From Epithemia pelagica (lineage: Eukaryota; Protista; Bacillariophyta): DNA of 64,000 bases. Below, in pieces: positions 1 through 10,580 of the stretch. Every line of letters starts with the position of its first letter. Position 1 is the first letter of the stretch. The notes under the pieces were generated by a model. It made no database searches, was not told the origin of the DNA, and saw only the letters and a program-made list of their open reading frames with translations. A program made the translations under genes and the position numbers. The stretch covers positions 1,364,001 through 1,428,000 of the forward strand of contig OX337236.1 in NCBI GenBank assembly GCA_946965045.2, written 5' to 3'.

Positions 1-1243
1 CAATCTGATACCTCGTTACGCTCAAGTAGGTTCTAAACTAAAATGCTACAAAGCAGGAAGGTAAGCGAGTCAATATTGAACGAGACGAGTAGCAACGTCC
101 TTCGGTCTCGAAATGTTGTGTGCTACGTGCTACATCGAGAAAAATGCCTCCATCAATGGATGGCCCATTCTCAATGACCATGGCGCCTACGGTCAATCTG
201 AGACTTGGGTACGCTCAACTAGGTTCTAAACTAAAATGCTACAAAGTAGGAAGGCAAGCGAGTCAATATTAAACGAGACGAGTAGCAACGTCCTTCGGTC
301 TCGAAATGTTGTGTGCTACGTGCTACATCGGGAAAAATGCCTCCATCAATGGATGGCACCTTCTCAATGACCATGGCGCCTACGGTCAATCTGAGACTTG
401 GGTACGCTCAAGTAGGTTCTAAACTAAAATGCTACAAAGTAGGAAGGCAAGCGAGTCAATATTAAACGAGACGAGTAGCAACGTCCTTCGGTCTCGAAAT
501 GTTGTGTGCTACGTACTACATCGAGAAAAATGCCTCCATCAATGGATGGCACCTTCTCAATGACCATGGCGCCTACGGTCAATCTGATACCTCGTTACGC
601 TCAAGTAGGTTCTAAACTAAAATGCTACAAAGCAGGAGGGGCAGCGAGTCAATTTTGAACGAGACGATTAGCAACGTCCTTCGGTCTCGAAATGTTGTGT
701 GCTACGTGCTACATCGAGAAAAATGCTTCCATCAATGGATGGCCCATTCTCAATGACCATGGCGCCTACGGTCAATCTGAGACTTGGGTACGCTCAAGTA
801 GGTTCTAAACTAAAATGCGACAAAGTAGGAGGGGCAGAGAGTCAATATGGAACGAGACGAGTAGCAACGTCCTTCGGTCTCGAAATGTTGTGTGCTACGT
901 GCTACATCGAGAAAAATGCCTCCATCAATGGATGGCACCTTCTCAATGACCATGGCGCCTACGGTCAATCTGATACCTCGTTACGCTCAAGTAGGTTCTA
1001 AACTAAAATGCTACAAAGTAGGAAGGCAAGCGAGTCAATATTGAACGAGACGAGTAGCAACGTCCTTCGGTCTCGAAATGTTGTGTGCTACGTGCTACAT
1101 CGAGAAAAATGCCTCCATCAATGGATGGCCCATTCTCAATGACCATGGCGCCTACGGTCAATCTGAGACTTGGGTACGCTCAAGTAGGTTCTAAACTAAA
1201 ATGCTACAAAGTAGGAGGGGCAGAGAATCAAGATTGAACGAGA
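1..1243. repeat. 193-bp tandem satellite array, about 6.4 copies, left end truncated by the window
   Basis: CAATCTGA unit starts at 1, 194, 387, 580, 773, 966 and 1159 (exact 193-bp period). Units are >90% identical, and the last copy degrades and stops near 1243. Confidence 0.97.
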
Positions 1244-1625
1244 GTAGCGGAAACTGACGATGAGGATCGATTGTGGTTCGTGTCGCGAGAGATGAAAATC
1301 CTCATCGATGGACGACTATTTTGCGATAACCGTGGCACCTACGATAGTTATGATAGTTGGTTTCACGAAGGTAGACCCTAAAGTAAAAGCCCTTCAAGTA
1401 TGAACTGTAGAACTACCATATTGGAGCTTCGGCAGTACATCGAGTTACGGATGAAAATCTCGTTCCAACAAAAACGAGCCAAATCGAGCAGGGGTTTGTT
1501 TGCGCTATCACGCCCACCGATAGCCCATATGACCTGAAAGTGCTCTTCCTTACACTACAATAGACACATCGTAGGCACCATTTGATGGTAGGGCACGTAG
1601 TGGTCGACTTATAGTACCATCAATG

Positions 1626-1860
1626 TAGCGGCCAAAGGGCAATCTAGCGGCCATTACGTGGACAAAAAAAAAATGACCCTACAATGGTGAGTTAGAACTC
1701 GATAACCATGGCCGCTATAGCAAAAGTGGCCCGCAGGGGCCGAGAGCATTGTTTGAAGAAGACGTCGCTCGATATTGGGGCATGGGCGTCCTATATTGAG
1801 TGAGTTACGCTAGATGTCCATCATGGTCATTTGGCCGCTATTTTCGAGGTTTTGGCCGCC
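1626..1860. repeat. Cluster of a 9-bp motif TAGCGGCCA in both orientations
   Basis: TAGCGGCCA at 1626 and 1645, reverse complement TGGCCGCTA at 1709 and 1832, and a variant TTGGCCGCC near 1852. Confidence 0.6.
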
Positions 1861-3371
1861 TCACCCGGCGCGGCACTAGAGAACGTGGGGAGATGTTTCG
1901 TGGGTTGGTTCGTTGGGCGTGATTCTGACGTGGAACAGCGTGGTGAAATGGTTTTTATTTAATGGATTGATAAAACAATGGATGACCGTTCTTCGATCAT
2001 TGTTTTTCTACGGGGCTGTATGGTTTTGGTTGGCCCGGCGTTTTTTGCCTAACATGGGAAGGTTTTGGTGTAAAGTACTGAATTTCGACTCTTGAGCTAA
2101 AAAAGTTTTTTCTTGTCATTGATGTTTTTCCACCCCCAGACCCCCTTAGCCTGCCGGCTTACCCGACACGTTCATTCTGAACTCAGTCGAACAGGGGAGA
2201 AAGAAGGCGCGAAAATGCTTATGTAGATGACGCGAAATGAATGTTCTAAATCATGCGTTGAGTACGGTGTGCGCTGTGCCTTTTGTCTCACTGGTTAGTT
2301 GTTGGGAATTCAGTAGTGTTCACGGTCTTAAACATATTTTGTAATTTTGGGGCAATTACGTTTAAGATTGCGCTACAGATATGTTTGTGTTATTCAGTAG
2401 AATCCCAGTCAAACATGGGGAAGTGTCGACCAAGAAGTGTGCTACTCGTATAACTTGTAACTTGGGAAGGAGGTAGGACGGGTAGGAGTAGATGAGCAAG
2501 AAGTAAGTACAATAAGAGTTAAGAGTACTTTATACTGTAAAAGTTTTTATCCTTACGACTTACGAGTAGAATTCAGAGTTCGTTGTGTTTTTTGTGTTGT
2601 ACTTTGTTAGGGATATCAAACTTAGGTACTCAGATTTTTCGTGTAGTTTCTAAGGAAGTTTAGGTTAAACTAAGGTTTTGAAGTTTAGGTACTCCTAGCT
2701 ATGAAATAATACGGCTCCTTCCCTCAACTACCTACAAAATACACGGAATATCAGAATATCACTGGACTTAAACATCAACGTTCACAAATACATAGGCTAA
2801 ATATTTAAAGGGCCTCCCTAAACTTCGGTAGTGCTAATGGAGCGTCATGAAACTTTGGATAAACTTTGGTGCCGAAGTTTAGGACAAGAAACTTCGACGA
2901 TGAAACTTGAAATCAATATCTCGACAATGGGCTAATGGGCGAACGACGTGTAATAGGCAATCGTAGCTTATCGTTGTTATTGTTGTTATTGTTGTTATTG
3001 TTAGGTCTTCTTCCCTTTACTCCCTGTCCGTCCATATTCGTTTCATCAATAATATTGTCGGTTGTCTCTATTTTCTGTTAAGAGTGCAAACAGCGGAGAA
3101 TTATTGATAAATCTCAAACTATCATCATATAACTTCGCATGGAATTTGTTTGACACAGAAGTGTCATGTTTTCTCTACTAAAACTGGTTGGGCCTGCGTC
3201 ATTCTGTCTTTTTGTCGTATCATGACCTTTCAATGCTCAATTGCCTGCAGGGCCTACCCGTTCCAGTTTTCTTTCTCGGTTTGGAGACGCGAAGAGAGAA
3301 AGAAACATTTGAAAGCGAGAAAGAAACGATTTCCCACAAAAAAGACTTCCATCAATTGCATATGGCACGAG

Positions 3372-6300
3372 ATGAGCGATAGTACATTTGAAGAAGAACA
3401 CAACGCTGTCGTCCAATCTCCAGCACCGTCTGACTTACACGACAGCAATAATGCACCTGACTCCAGCACAAATTCCGATGAAAAGATTGTTGAAAGGGCT
3501 GACAATCGAGCTGTGAAATGTTCGAAGATCGCCGTTCTAACAGTGATTTCTCTTGCTGCTCTTGCGTTTGGCACGGTGACTTACTTCTTCACCGACAATG
3601 AAGAAGAAGATGATTTCGAGCTCCAGTACGTTTTTAGTGTTGTGAACGTCATTCGAAGCAGCTGTATTTCTAACAAGAGCTTTGCTCTTAAATTTCATGA
3701 CAGGTTTAAAGACTTCTCCCAAGAGATTGCTACGCTTGCTCATATTGAAGCCGAGAATGCTTTTGGTCTGCTTGAAAGCATGTCATTGACCATCACATCT
3801 TACGCACTTGACACTAATGTGTCGTGGCCGTTTCTCACGGTACCTCACTTTGAGAAACGTGGCGAAAAGAACAACGATCTCTCCAAGGCACTGCATCTTT
3901 CTGTCGTCCCATTGTTGGAAGAAGAACTTAAAGAGAAGTGGGAAGATTATGCTTCGCTCAACCAGGACTGGATACAGGAAGGTGTAAATGCTTCGCCCGA
4001 GTTGCATGTGGACTTTCTTGGTGTCAACCTTAAGGTTAATCCCATTCCTTCACGGTTGTTTCGGTTCAAAACCGAAATTGGTGGTGAAACAGTTCCCCAA
4101 GATGATCCAGGAGTTGATTTTGGTCCTGCGGCATATGCTCCTGTATGGCAGCAGTCTCCGGCACCTCATGACCCGTCGATTGTGAACTATGATCTATTGT
4201 CACACCCTCTTTTTGCACGTATCTACCGCGGTATGTGGGATACTGGCCTTCCTGTCCTGTCTGAGGTCAGTGAGTTTGACTTTCTGTACGGTGGATCCAT
4301 TAAGGACGATATCACCCACCCACACAGTGCACTGATGCATCCAATCTTCTCGTCCGTTGATGAAGATGAGAAGGGTAATCGGGGTACTTTGTTGGGAATG
4401 CTTGTGGCTATTTTGCCGTGGGATAGTTACTTCCAAAACTTGATACCTAGCAAGATCAGGGGAATTGTTGTTGTCCTCCATAACACCTGTGGAGAACATT
4501 TCACCTACCGCCTTGACGGTCCTGAGGCAATTTATATTGGTACGTAAAGTTTCGCTTCGTGTGAAGAACCAAAGTATCATCAAACTAACCGTACCTTTAT
4601 GTGTTCAGGGGAGGGTGACCTTCATGATAGGCGCTACAACCATCTCGAAGTGCGAACACAGTTTGCTCCGTTTTTGCAATACGAGTTTTCTGAGAATTTC
4701 GAACATTGCGAGTATGACCTGCGTATTTATCCTTCATCAACATTTGAAGATTCATACAGATCAGACAAGCCCTGGCTTTATGCACTTGCTGTGGTAATCG
4801 TGTTTGCCTTCACAGCAGGTAAGGATCCTTTCCACCAAGACGATATGAAGAATCATTTTCCAGTTCGCTCAACTTTTTGTACGTTTTTTCAGGTGTTTTT
4901 ATTTTGTACGATTTCTTGGTGGAAAGGCGTCAGAGCAATGTTCTTTCGAAGGCAAAAACAACCAATGCGATCGTTTCAGCCTTGTTCCCATCGAATGTAC
5001 GAGACCGCATCTTGAGGGATGCTGAAAAGCAAGCTGAGAATGAAGAGCGTGAGAACAACAAAAAGAATGTGTTTAAGTTCGGTGCTAACAAAGATCAGTT
5101 GAAAACATTCTTGGACGAGGAAGAGAACATGGTTTCGCAGCCCTACAGCACAGCACCAATTGCTGACCTTTTCGTGAGTCTAAACAGCTCTTCTTGGAAA
5201 GTTTTGCCTCTTCCTCACAAACCCACTAACCTGATTGCTTCTCTTCCACAACAGCCAAGTGCCACCGTTATGTTTGCTGATATTGTTGGTTTCACTGCAT
5301 GGTCCAGCGTCCGAGAGCCCTCACAAGTGTTTACGCTTTTGGAAACGGTCTACCATGCTTTTGATGAGACTGCCAAACGCCGACGTGTGTTCAAAGTCGA
5401 AACCATTGGGGATTGTTATGTGGCTGTTGCAGGCCTCCCTGATCCGCGTCCAGATCACGCTGTTGTTATGGCGCGGTTTGCCAAGGAATGTTTGACCCAG
5501 ATGAATAATTTAACCAAGAAACTCGAGTTCAAACTGGGTCCAGACACGGGCGATTTGAGCATGCGCATTGGACTTCATTCCGGCCCAGTTACGGCCGGTG
5601 TGCTTCGAGGTGACAAGTCCCGATTCCAGTTGTTTGGAGATACAGTCAACACGGCAGCTCGCATCGAAGCATCCGGTGAGAGGAACAGAATCCATCTCTC
5701 CGAAGAAACAGCGCAGCATCTCATTAGATCAAACAAGGGCCACTGGGTCAGCCAACGTACGGATATTGTTCAAGCCAAGGGAAAGGGGGCCTTGGAAACG
5801 TTCTGGCTAGACCCTCAATTCAGGTCTGCACCGTCTGCTAACTCTGACGGCAAACAGGAAGATCCAACGAAAGGGTTTAAACTGAAAGCCCTAGAAGCAG
5901 CCTCGAAGCCGAAGGGACCAAGTGAGGACGAGAAGATGAACAGGTTGATTGGTTGGAACTCTGATGTGCTCGGCCGTTTACTTAAGCAGATAATTGTTCG
6001 TCGAAATGCCGCCATCAAACTTGGAAAACTTCGTATCAACAATATCAATGGCTTTGCACGTGACACACCCGATTCATCCAAAACCATGGTTCTAGAAGAA
6101 GTGAAGGAAATCATTCAGCTCCCAGAATTTGACGCTGTTGTGGTGGAAAATCAAGAAGATCCAACTTTAATCGTTCTCGCTGATGAAGTTACCGATCAGC
6201 TTAAAGAGTTTGTTGGAATGGTTGCCATGTTGTACCGTAACAACCCATTCCACAACTTTGAACACGCCAGTCACGTTACAATGTCTGTGGTGAAGCTCCT

Positions 6301-7360
6301 TTCCAGGATCACTACTGCAGATGCGTTAGCGGATAAATCGGATGAACGCAATGCATCATCGCTGCATGACTTCACCTATGGTATTACCAGCGACCCCCTT
6401 ACCCAGTTTGCCTGTGTCTTTGCTGCTTTGATTCACGATGTCGATCACTGTGGAGTCCCCAACACGCAGTTGATCAAAGAGAACTCCCATCTCGCCAAAC
6501 TCTACAAGAACAAAAGTATCGCGGAGCAAAATTCTGTTGACATTGCCTGGAATATGTTTATGGATGACAAGTTCGCGGCGGTCCGGGACATTATTTGTGC
6601 AACTGCAGACGACACCAAGCGTTTCAGGGAGCTTGTGGTGAACTCTGTCATGGCCACAGACATTATGGACAAGGACCTGAAGACTTTGCGAAACGCACGA
6701 TGGGACAAGGCATTTTCGGAATCCGCCGCGTCAGAATCCGCCTCCGATTCAGTCAATCGCAAGGCAACGATTGTAATTGAGCATTTGATTCAAGCGTCTG
6801 ATGTAGCTCATACAATGCAGCATTGGTACGTTCCGTCTCTCACTCTTGTTACCAAACACGGAATCTTGGCAGGTCACTTATATTGTTTCGTTGCTATGTT
6901 TGGCAGGCACATTTACCGAAAGTGGAATGAGCGTTTGTTCCATGAACTACTTGTGGCATACAGGGCTGGTCGTGCCGAGAAAGACCCCACCGAATTTTGG
7001 TACAAGGGTGAGATGGGCTTCTTTGACTTTTACATTATTCCGCTGGCAAAGAAACTCAAGGACTGCGGTGTGTTTGGGGTATCGAGTGACGAGTATTTGA
7101 ACTACGCCGAGAAGAATCGTCGTGAATGGGAACTCAAGGGACAAGAAGTTATCGAGACTATGGTAAACAATCATCGCGAACAGTATCCCTCTCCTCCACC
7201 GGAAGACACGGGAAAGGCTGCCTTGGTGCGTTATGAGGCGGCCAGTCTTCCAGCGGTTGTGGAAACGGGAACTGTTGTCGAATCATCGGACGGAACTGGA
7301 AGTGGTCTCGACGATGAACCAGTTTCGCGGTCGTACAATAAGCCCGCTGATGGTACGTAA
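3372..7360 (+). CDS. Receptor-type guanylate cyclase / class I phosphodiesterase bifunctional protein (TM - extracellular CHASE-like sensor - TM - cyclase - HD PDE)
   Basis: Cyclase motifs VMFADIVGFT, FKVETIGDCYVAVAG, MRIGLHSGPV and RFQLFGDTVNTAAR. PDE motifs PFHNFEHASHV, IHDVDH, MATD and ASDVAH. Five GT-AG introns (3626-3703, 4540-4608, 4819-4892, 5174-5254, 6826-6906) join the ORF-track pieces in frame. Confidence 0.93.
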
Positions 7361-7835
7361 CAGTTAGTTCGTGTGCACATCTTGGTTACCTTTTCTGTCG
7401 AAACTGACGCATTCCATGTTGATTTGTATTCTTCAGGCAGGATGATCATCTAAATTGGGCCGTCGACGTGCGGAAAACTTGAAAGGGAAAAGAAAACTCG
7501 AGTGGGATTTATTGTCTTTGCATTTTATATTTAACATTATCAGAAGTCTTATCAAATAAATTCAGCGTTTGTTTTGATTTTGCTTGGACTTTGTCCTGAA
7601 GCGTCAGGAGAAATAGTTCTCTCTTACTTCACTAGCAGATCCCCGCAATAGTCATTTCAAATGAATGAAGATGAAGCTACTACTAGAAGTTAAGAAAGAA
7701 CTAAATAAACAACAGAAAAGCGTATGCGTCCACAGGACACAAGGTTGGTCAGTAGTTTACTGACTTGGATCGTACAGACTCAATGAAAGTGGAAGGTGTG
7801 TTTGTTTGTAAGTTCGTGAATGCGGGGTGTCATTT

Positions 7836-8663
7836 CTACAAGTCGGGAGTTGTGATTTGCACTTGAACTTGTCGCACCGACGCTCCAGTCGAAAGATTGA
7901 CACGTTCATAAACTTGTGCCAAAAGGGCAATCCATGGTTTGGTCATTTTGACGTCCGTTCGTCGGTAGAGTCCATAAGATGTGTAGGCGGTCACCGTGGC
8001 ATGCACATGTCCCGAAGCTTCGTACAGAGAAATGTCAGTGGGTGGCAAGTCCATGGTGTTGTTCATATTTTGGACTGGCTGCAAGACCAAATCTTGGCTT
8101 CCTAAGAGAGAATTCAAGAGGAAATAGGAATCGGAAGAATTGGTGGAAGCCGCGAGACGGACCAAGGAGTTGATGTAAATGGATTCCGACGACAAGCGCA
8201 ATCCTTTACACAATTCTTGGCAGAGCGCACGCAATACTTTCAGGACTTGGCTATTGTTGGATCCTGTAAAGAGCAGACCATTCAGCTGAACATTGGTCCA
8301 ACATACCTCGTCTTCCAGAGTGGTCCATTCGTCTCGGTGAGTCGGCAAGGTCGGCACCGTGTCCATGGGAATGGCACGCAAGTAGGAACAATCATGCAGG
8401 GTCCGAATACACATTCGTTTGTTGCTGACACGAGCAAATCGACTCAAGTTGGCCTGCATTTTTTCAATGGACTCGTCTACCTTAGCTGATTTTTTCTTGG
8501 ACGTTGAGATAGATTTCTTCTTGGCATCTTCTTGTTGTTGGCTCGTTTCAATTTTGAGTTTGGTCGATCGGCTCTTTTTCGCCGCCGCTTGTTTGCGTCT
8601 CAAGGCGGAGCTGGTCGATGTCGGTGACACGGCCGATGCGGTTCTAAACGTAGCACTTGGCAT
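7836..8663 (-). CDS. Hypothetical protein (about 275 aa, Lys/Ser-rich N-terminus, globular C-terminal domain)
   Basis: Long ORF 7836-8879 with a plausible ATG at 8663 (MPSATFRT). Composition is protein-like, but no family was recognised. Confidence 0.7.
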   Translation of the reverse strand: MPSATFRTASAVSPTSTSSALRRKQAAAKKSRSTKLKIETSQQQEDAKKKSISTSKKKSAKVDESIEKMQANLSRFARVSNKRMCIRTLHDCSYLRAIPMDTVPTLPTHRDEWTTLEDEVCWTNVQLNGLLFTGSNNSQVLKVLRALCQELCKGLRLSSESIYINSLVRLAASTNSSDSYFLLNSLLGSQDLVLQPVQNMNNTMDLPPTDISLYEASGHVHATVTAYTSYGLYRRTDVKMTKPWIALLAQVYERVNLSTGASVRQVQVQITTPDL

Positions 8664-9437
8664 CGTGGCTTGTTGATTACTCCAAACAATAAATGATGTG
8701 ATGATGAGAGTTGTCAATGAATGATTCGACGCCGACTCCAGACGATCACTCACTCTCACGACTTTTTTGTTTTGTGACCGTGCGTGCCGTGTTGCTTGTT
8801 CTGTGTTCTGTCTAGTTTTGGAGACACGTCTTTCGCTTTTATTTTGGGCGATCTCGGACGGTCCATTGGATACGATCACGCCAGCACGTTCAACAGATGT
8901 GATTGGCTGGCGATTTCACTAGGTGTCACTTCTCAGCGGACTAAGTATTGTATTCAACGGATCAGTCGGATGGAGTACGTGCGGCTGTCGGCTTCCACGC
9001 CGGCGTCCCATTCGAGGCGACTACAATACGCCGATCCCACTTTCTCATTTTTCCAAGATTTCGCCCATCACCTATCACAAAAAACCACAACACAAGAAGC
9101 GAAAACGAGACACGAGAAAGCACCGCCATGGTCTTGTTGCTTTTTGAGGCATGCATTGCTTTTAGACTTCAAAATGTGGTTACTCGGCAAGACTAATAAC
9201 AACAACAGCAATCGGAGGCATTCGAAAACCTGAAAAAACTTGGTGACAAAAAACCTTTGATAAGGAGACTAAGAAGAAGTTCAGTAATGAACATTTCAGC
9301 AAGAATTGGCTTGGATCATTTGGTATGGGCCCAATCCTCGTCTCGGATTGTGTGAGTGAGGATTTTGGGTCACTCAAGTCGGACGGCAAATGATACGCAA
9401 CCCTCCCTCTCACTGTAGAACACACTTTGGATACAAA

Positions 9438-9999
9438 ATGGCGTCGAAAAAGAAGAAGATATCCGGAGAAGGTGTTGGTAGTGTGATGCTACAAGGCAGA
9501 ATGCTGTGTTCGATTTGGCAGGGAGACCCAAAGGTGTAGATTGTGTAGTGAACAAGGAAGGGCACAAAGTCGGTGGTTTTTTACGTCCCTTCAGGATGAC
9601 GTCTCTTCTATATTTCGTGTTCTTCACCGCAGTAGCAGACGAAATCCAAAGCACAAGCAGGGGCTATTGCTTTGTGATTTCAGCAAAAGTACAAATGGTG
9701 CAGTTCAGATCATGGTGGAACACGTGGTGCAACTGTTGGAGCGAAAATTCGACATTGAACCAACAAAGTCATGTCCATCACCTGTTGAAACAGAGCCTCT
9801 CCTGTATTCCTTTTTGAAATCGGTTACACGAGTCGACGACGATGACGGCGGCGGCATGGACACGATGATGCCAAGTGCTCAAGTCTTCGCAACACGAATT
9901 CTCGTTTGTACTTTGGGACCAGAAAAAAACAATCACTACGTCTTTCAAGAAGGCGTTGCTTTGCAGAAGTTATTCCATGTAGATGAGGTTGTAATGTGA
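9438..9999 (+). pseudogene. Possible degenerate or frameshifted hypothetical gene
   Basis: ACAAAATGGCG start (MASKKKKISGE...) stops near 9538, and a protein-like ORF continues in the +1 frame (9541-9999). No family recognised. Confidence 0.25.
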
Positions 10000-10580
10000 T
10001 CTCTGGTGGGCAGAAAGTAGAACACTGAAACAGAAGGAAGACGAACGTGGTCTCCGTTCTTACCATGCCTGCCGTAGATGGGCGAAGGTGGTATTTCCAT
10101 GACAACTTGAAACCACGGAACCCAGGACTGAAAGGACAGCTCCTACTTCCAACCACATGACCATCAATCTACGGAAGGACTTTCATAATTATTTCAGAGG
10201 AGTATCGTCGTACCCTAAAAGGATGAGTCGACCATTGTCTTTCTCTTACTCCCAGGAGTAGGTAGGATTACATGAGTAGCTATTTGCCGCTGTGAATGAA
10301 TGTGAAGGACGCGTGGTAAAAGAGTACTCCTACTGTAGGTAGAGGTAGAGCTATGTGCCGCTGTGGAGGACGCGTGGCAATTCCCATTTGGTTCCGAACC
10401 GATAACTCTCGATCGTTGGACATAGAAAACGATTTAACATATTTACGAGGATAAAATGGCATGGTCGCTTAGGATTGGTGGTTCGTGGTGACTTTCTCTC
10501 ACGTTTGGTCATGACCGACACCAAATCTGATATCTGATACCATAATTCGACACTCATCTAGAAGAGAACTGCTCTTGACG

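Noticed and set aside
699-1001. 100-aa ORF in the satellite
   Set aside because: Chance read-through created by one TAC/GAC variant in unit 5; other units have stops.
1-1243. CRISPR array or tandem RNA genes (5S, SL, snRNA)
   Set aside because: Whole 193-bp units repeat with no unique spacers, no cas genes are present, and no 5S/tRNA/snRNA motifs were recognised.
2600-2890. Telomere-like TTAGG words (GAAGTTTAGG at 2655, 2680, 2874, inverted at 2817)
   Set aside because: Scattered, not tandem TTAGGG; too degenerate to call an interstitial telomere.
1245-3120. Possibility that this segment is a reversed or complemented (mirror) copy of real sequence
   Set aside because: The complement reads naturally in places, but I found no ORF or in-window match in the mirror orientations. 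Other intergenic tracts are also TpA-rich, so this is kept only as a caveat.
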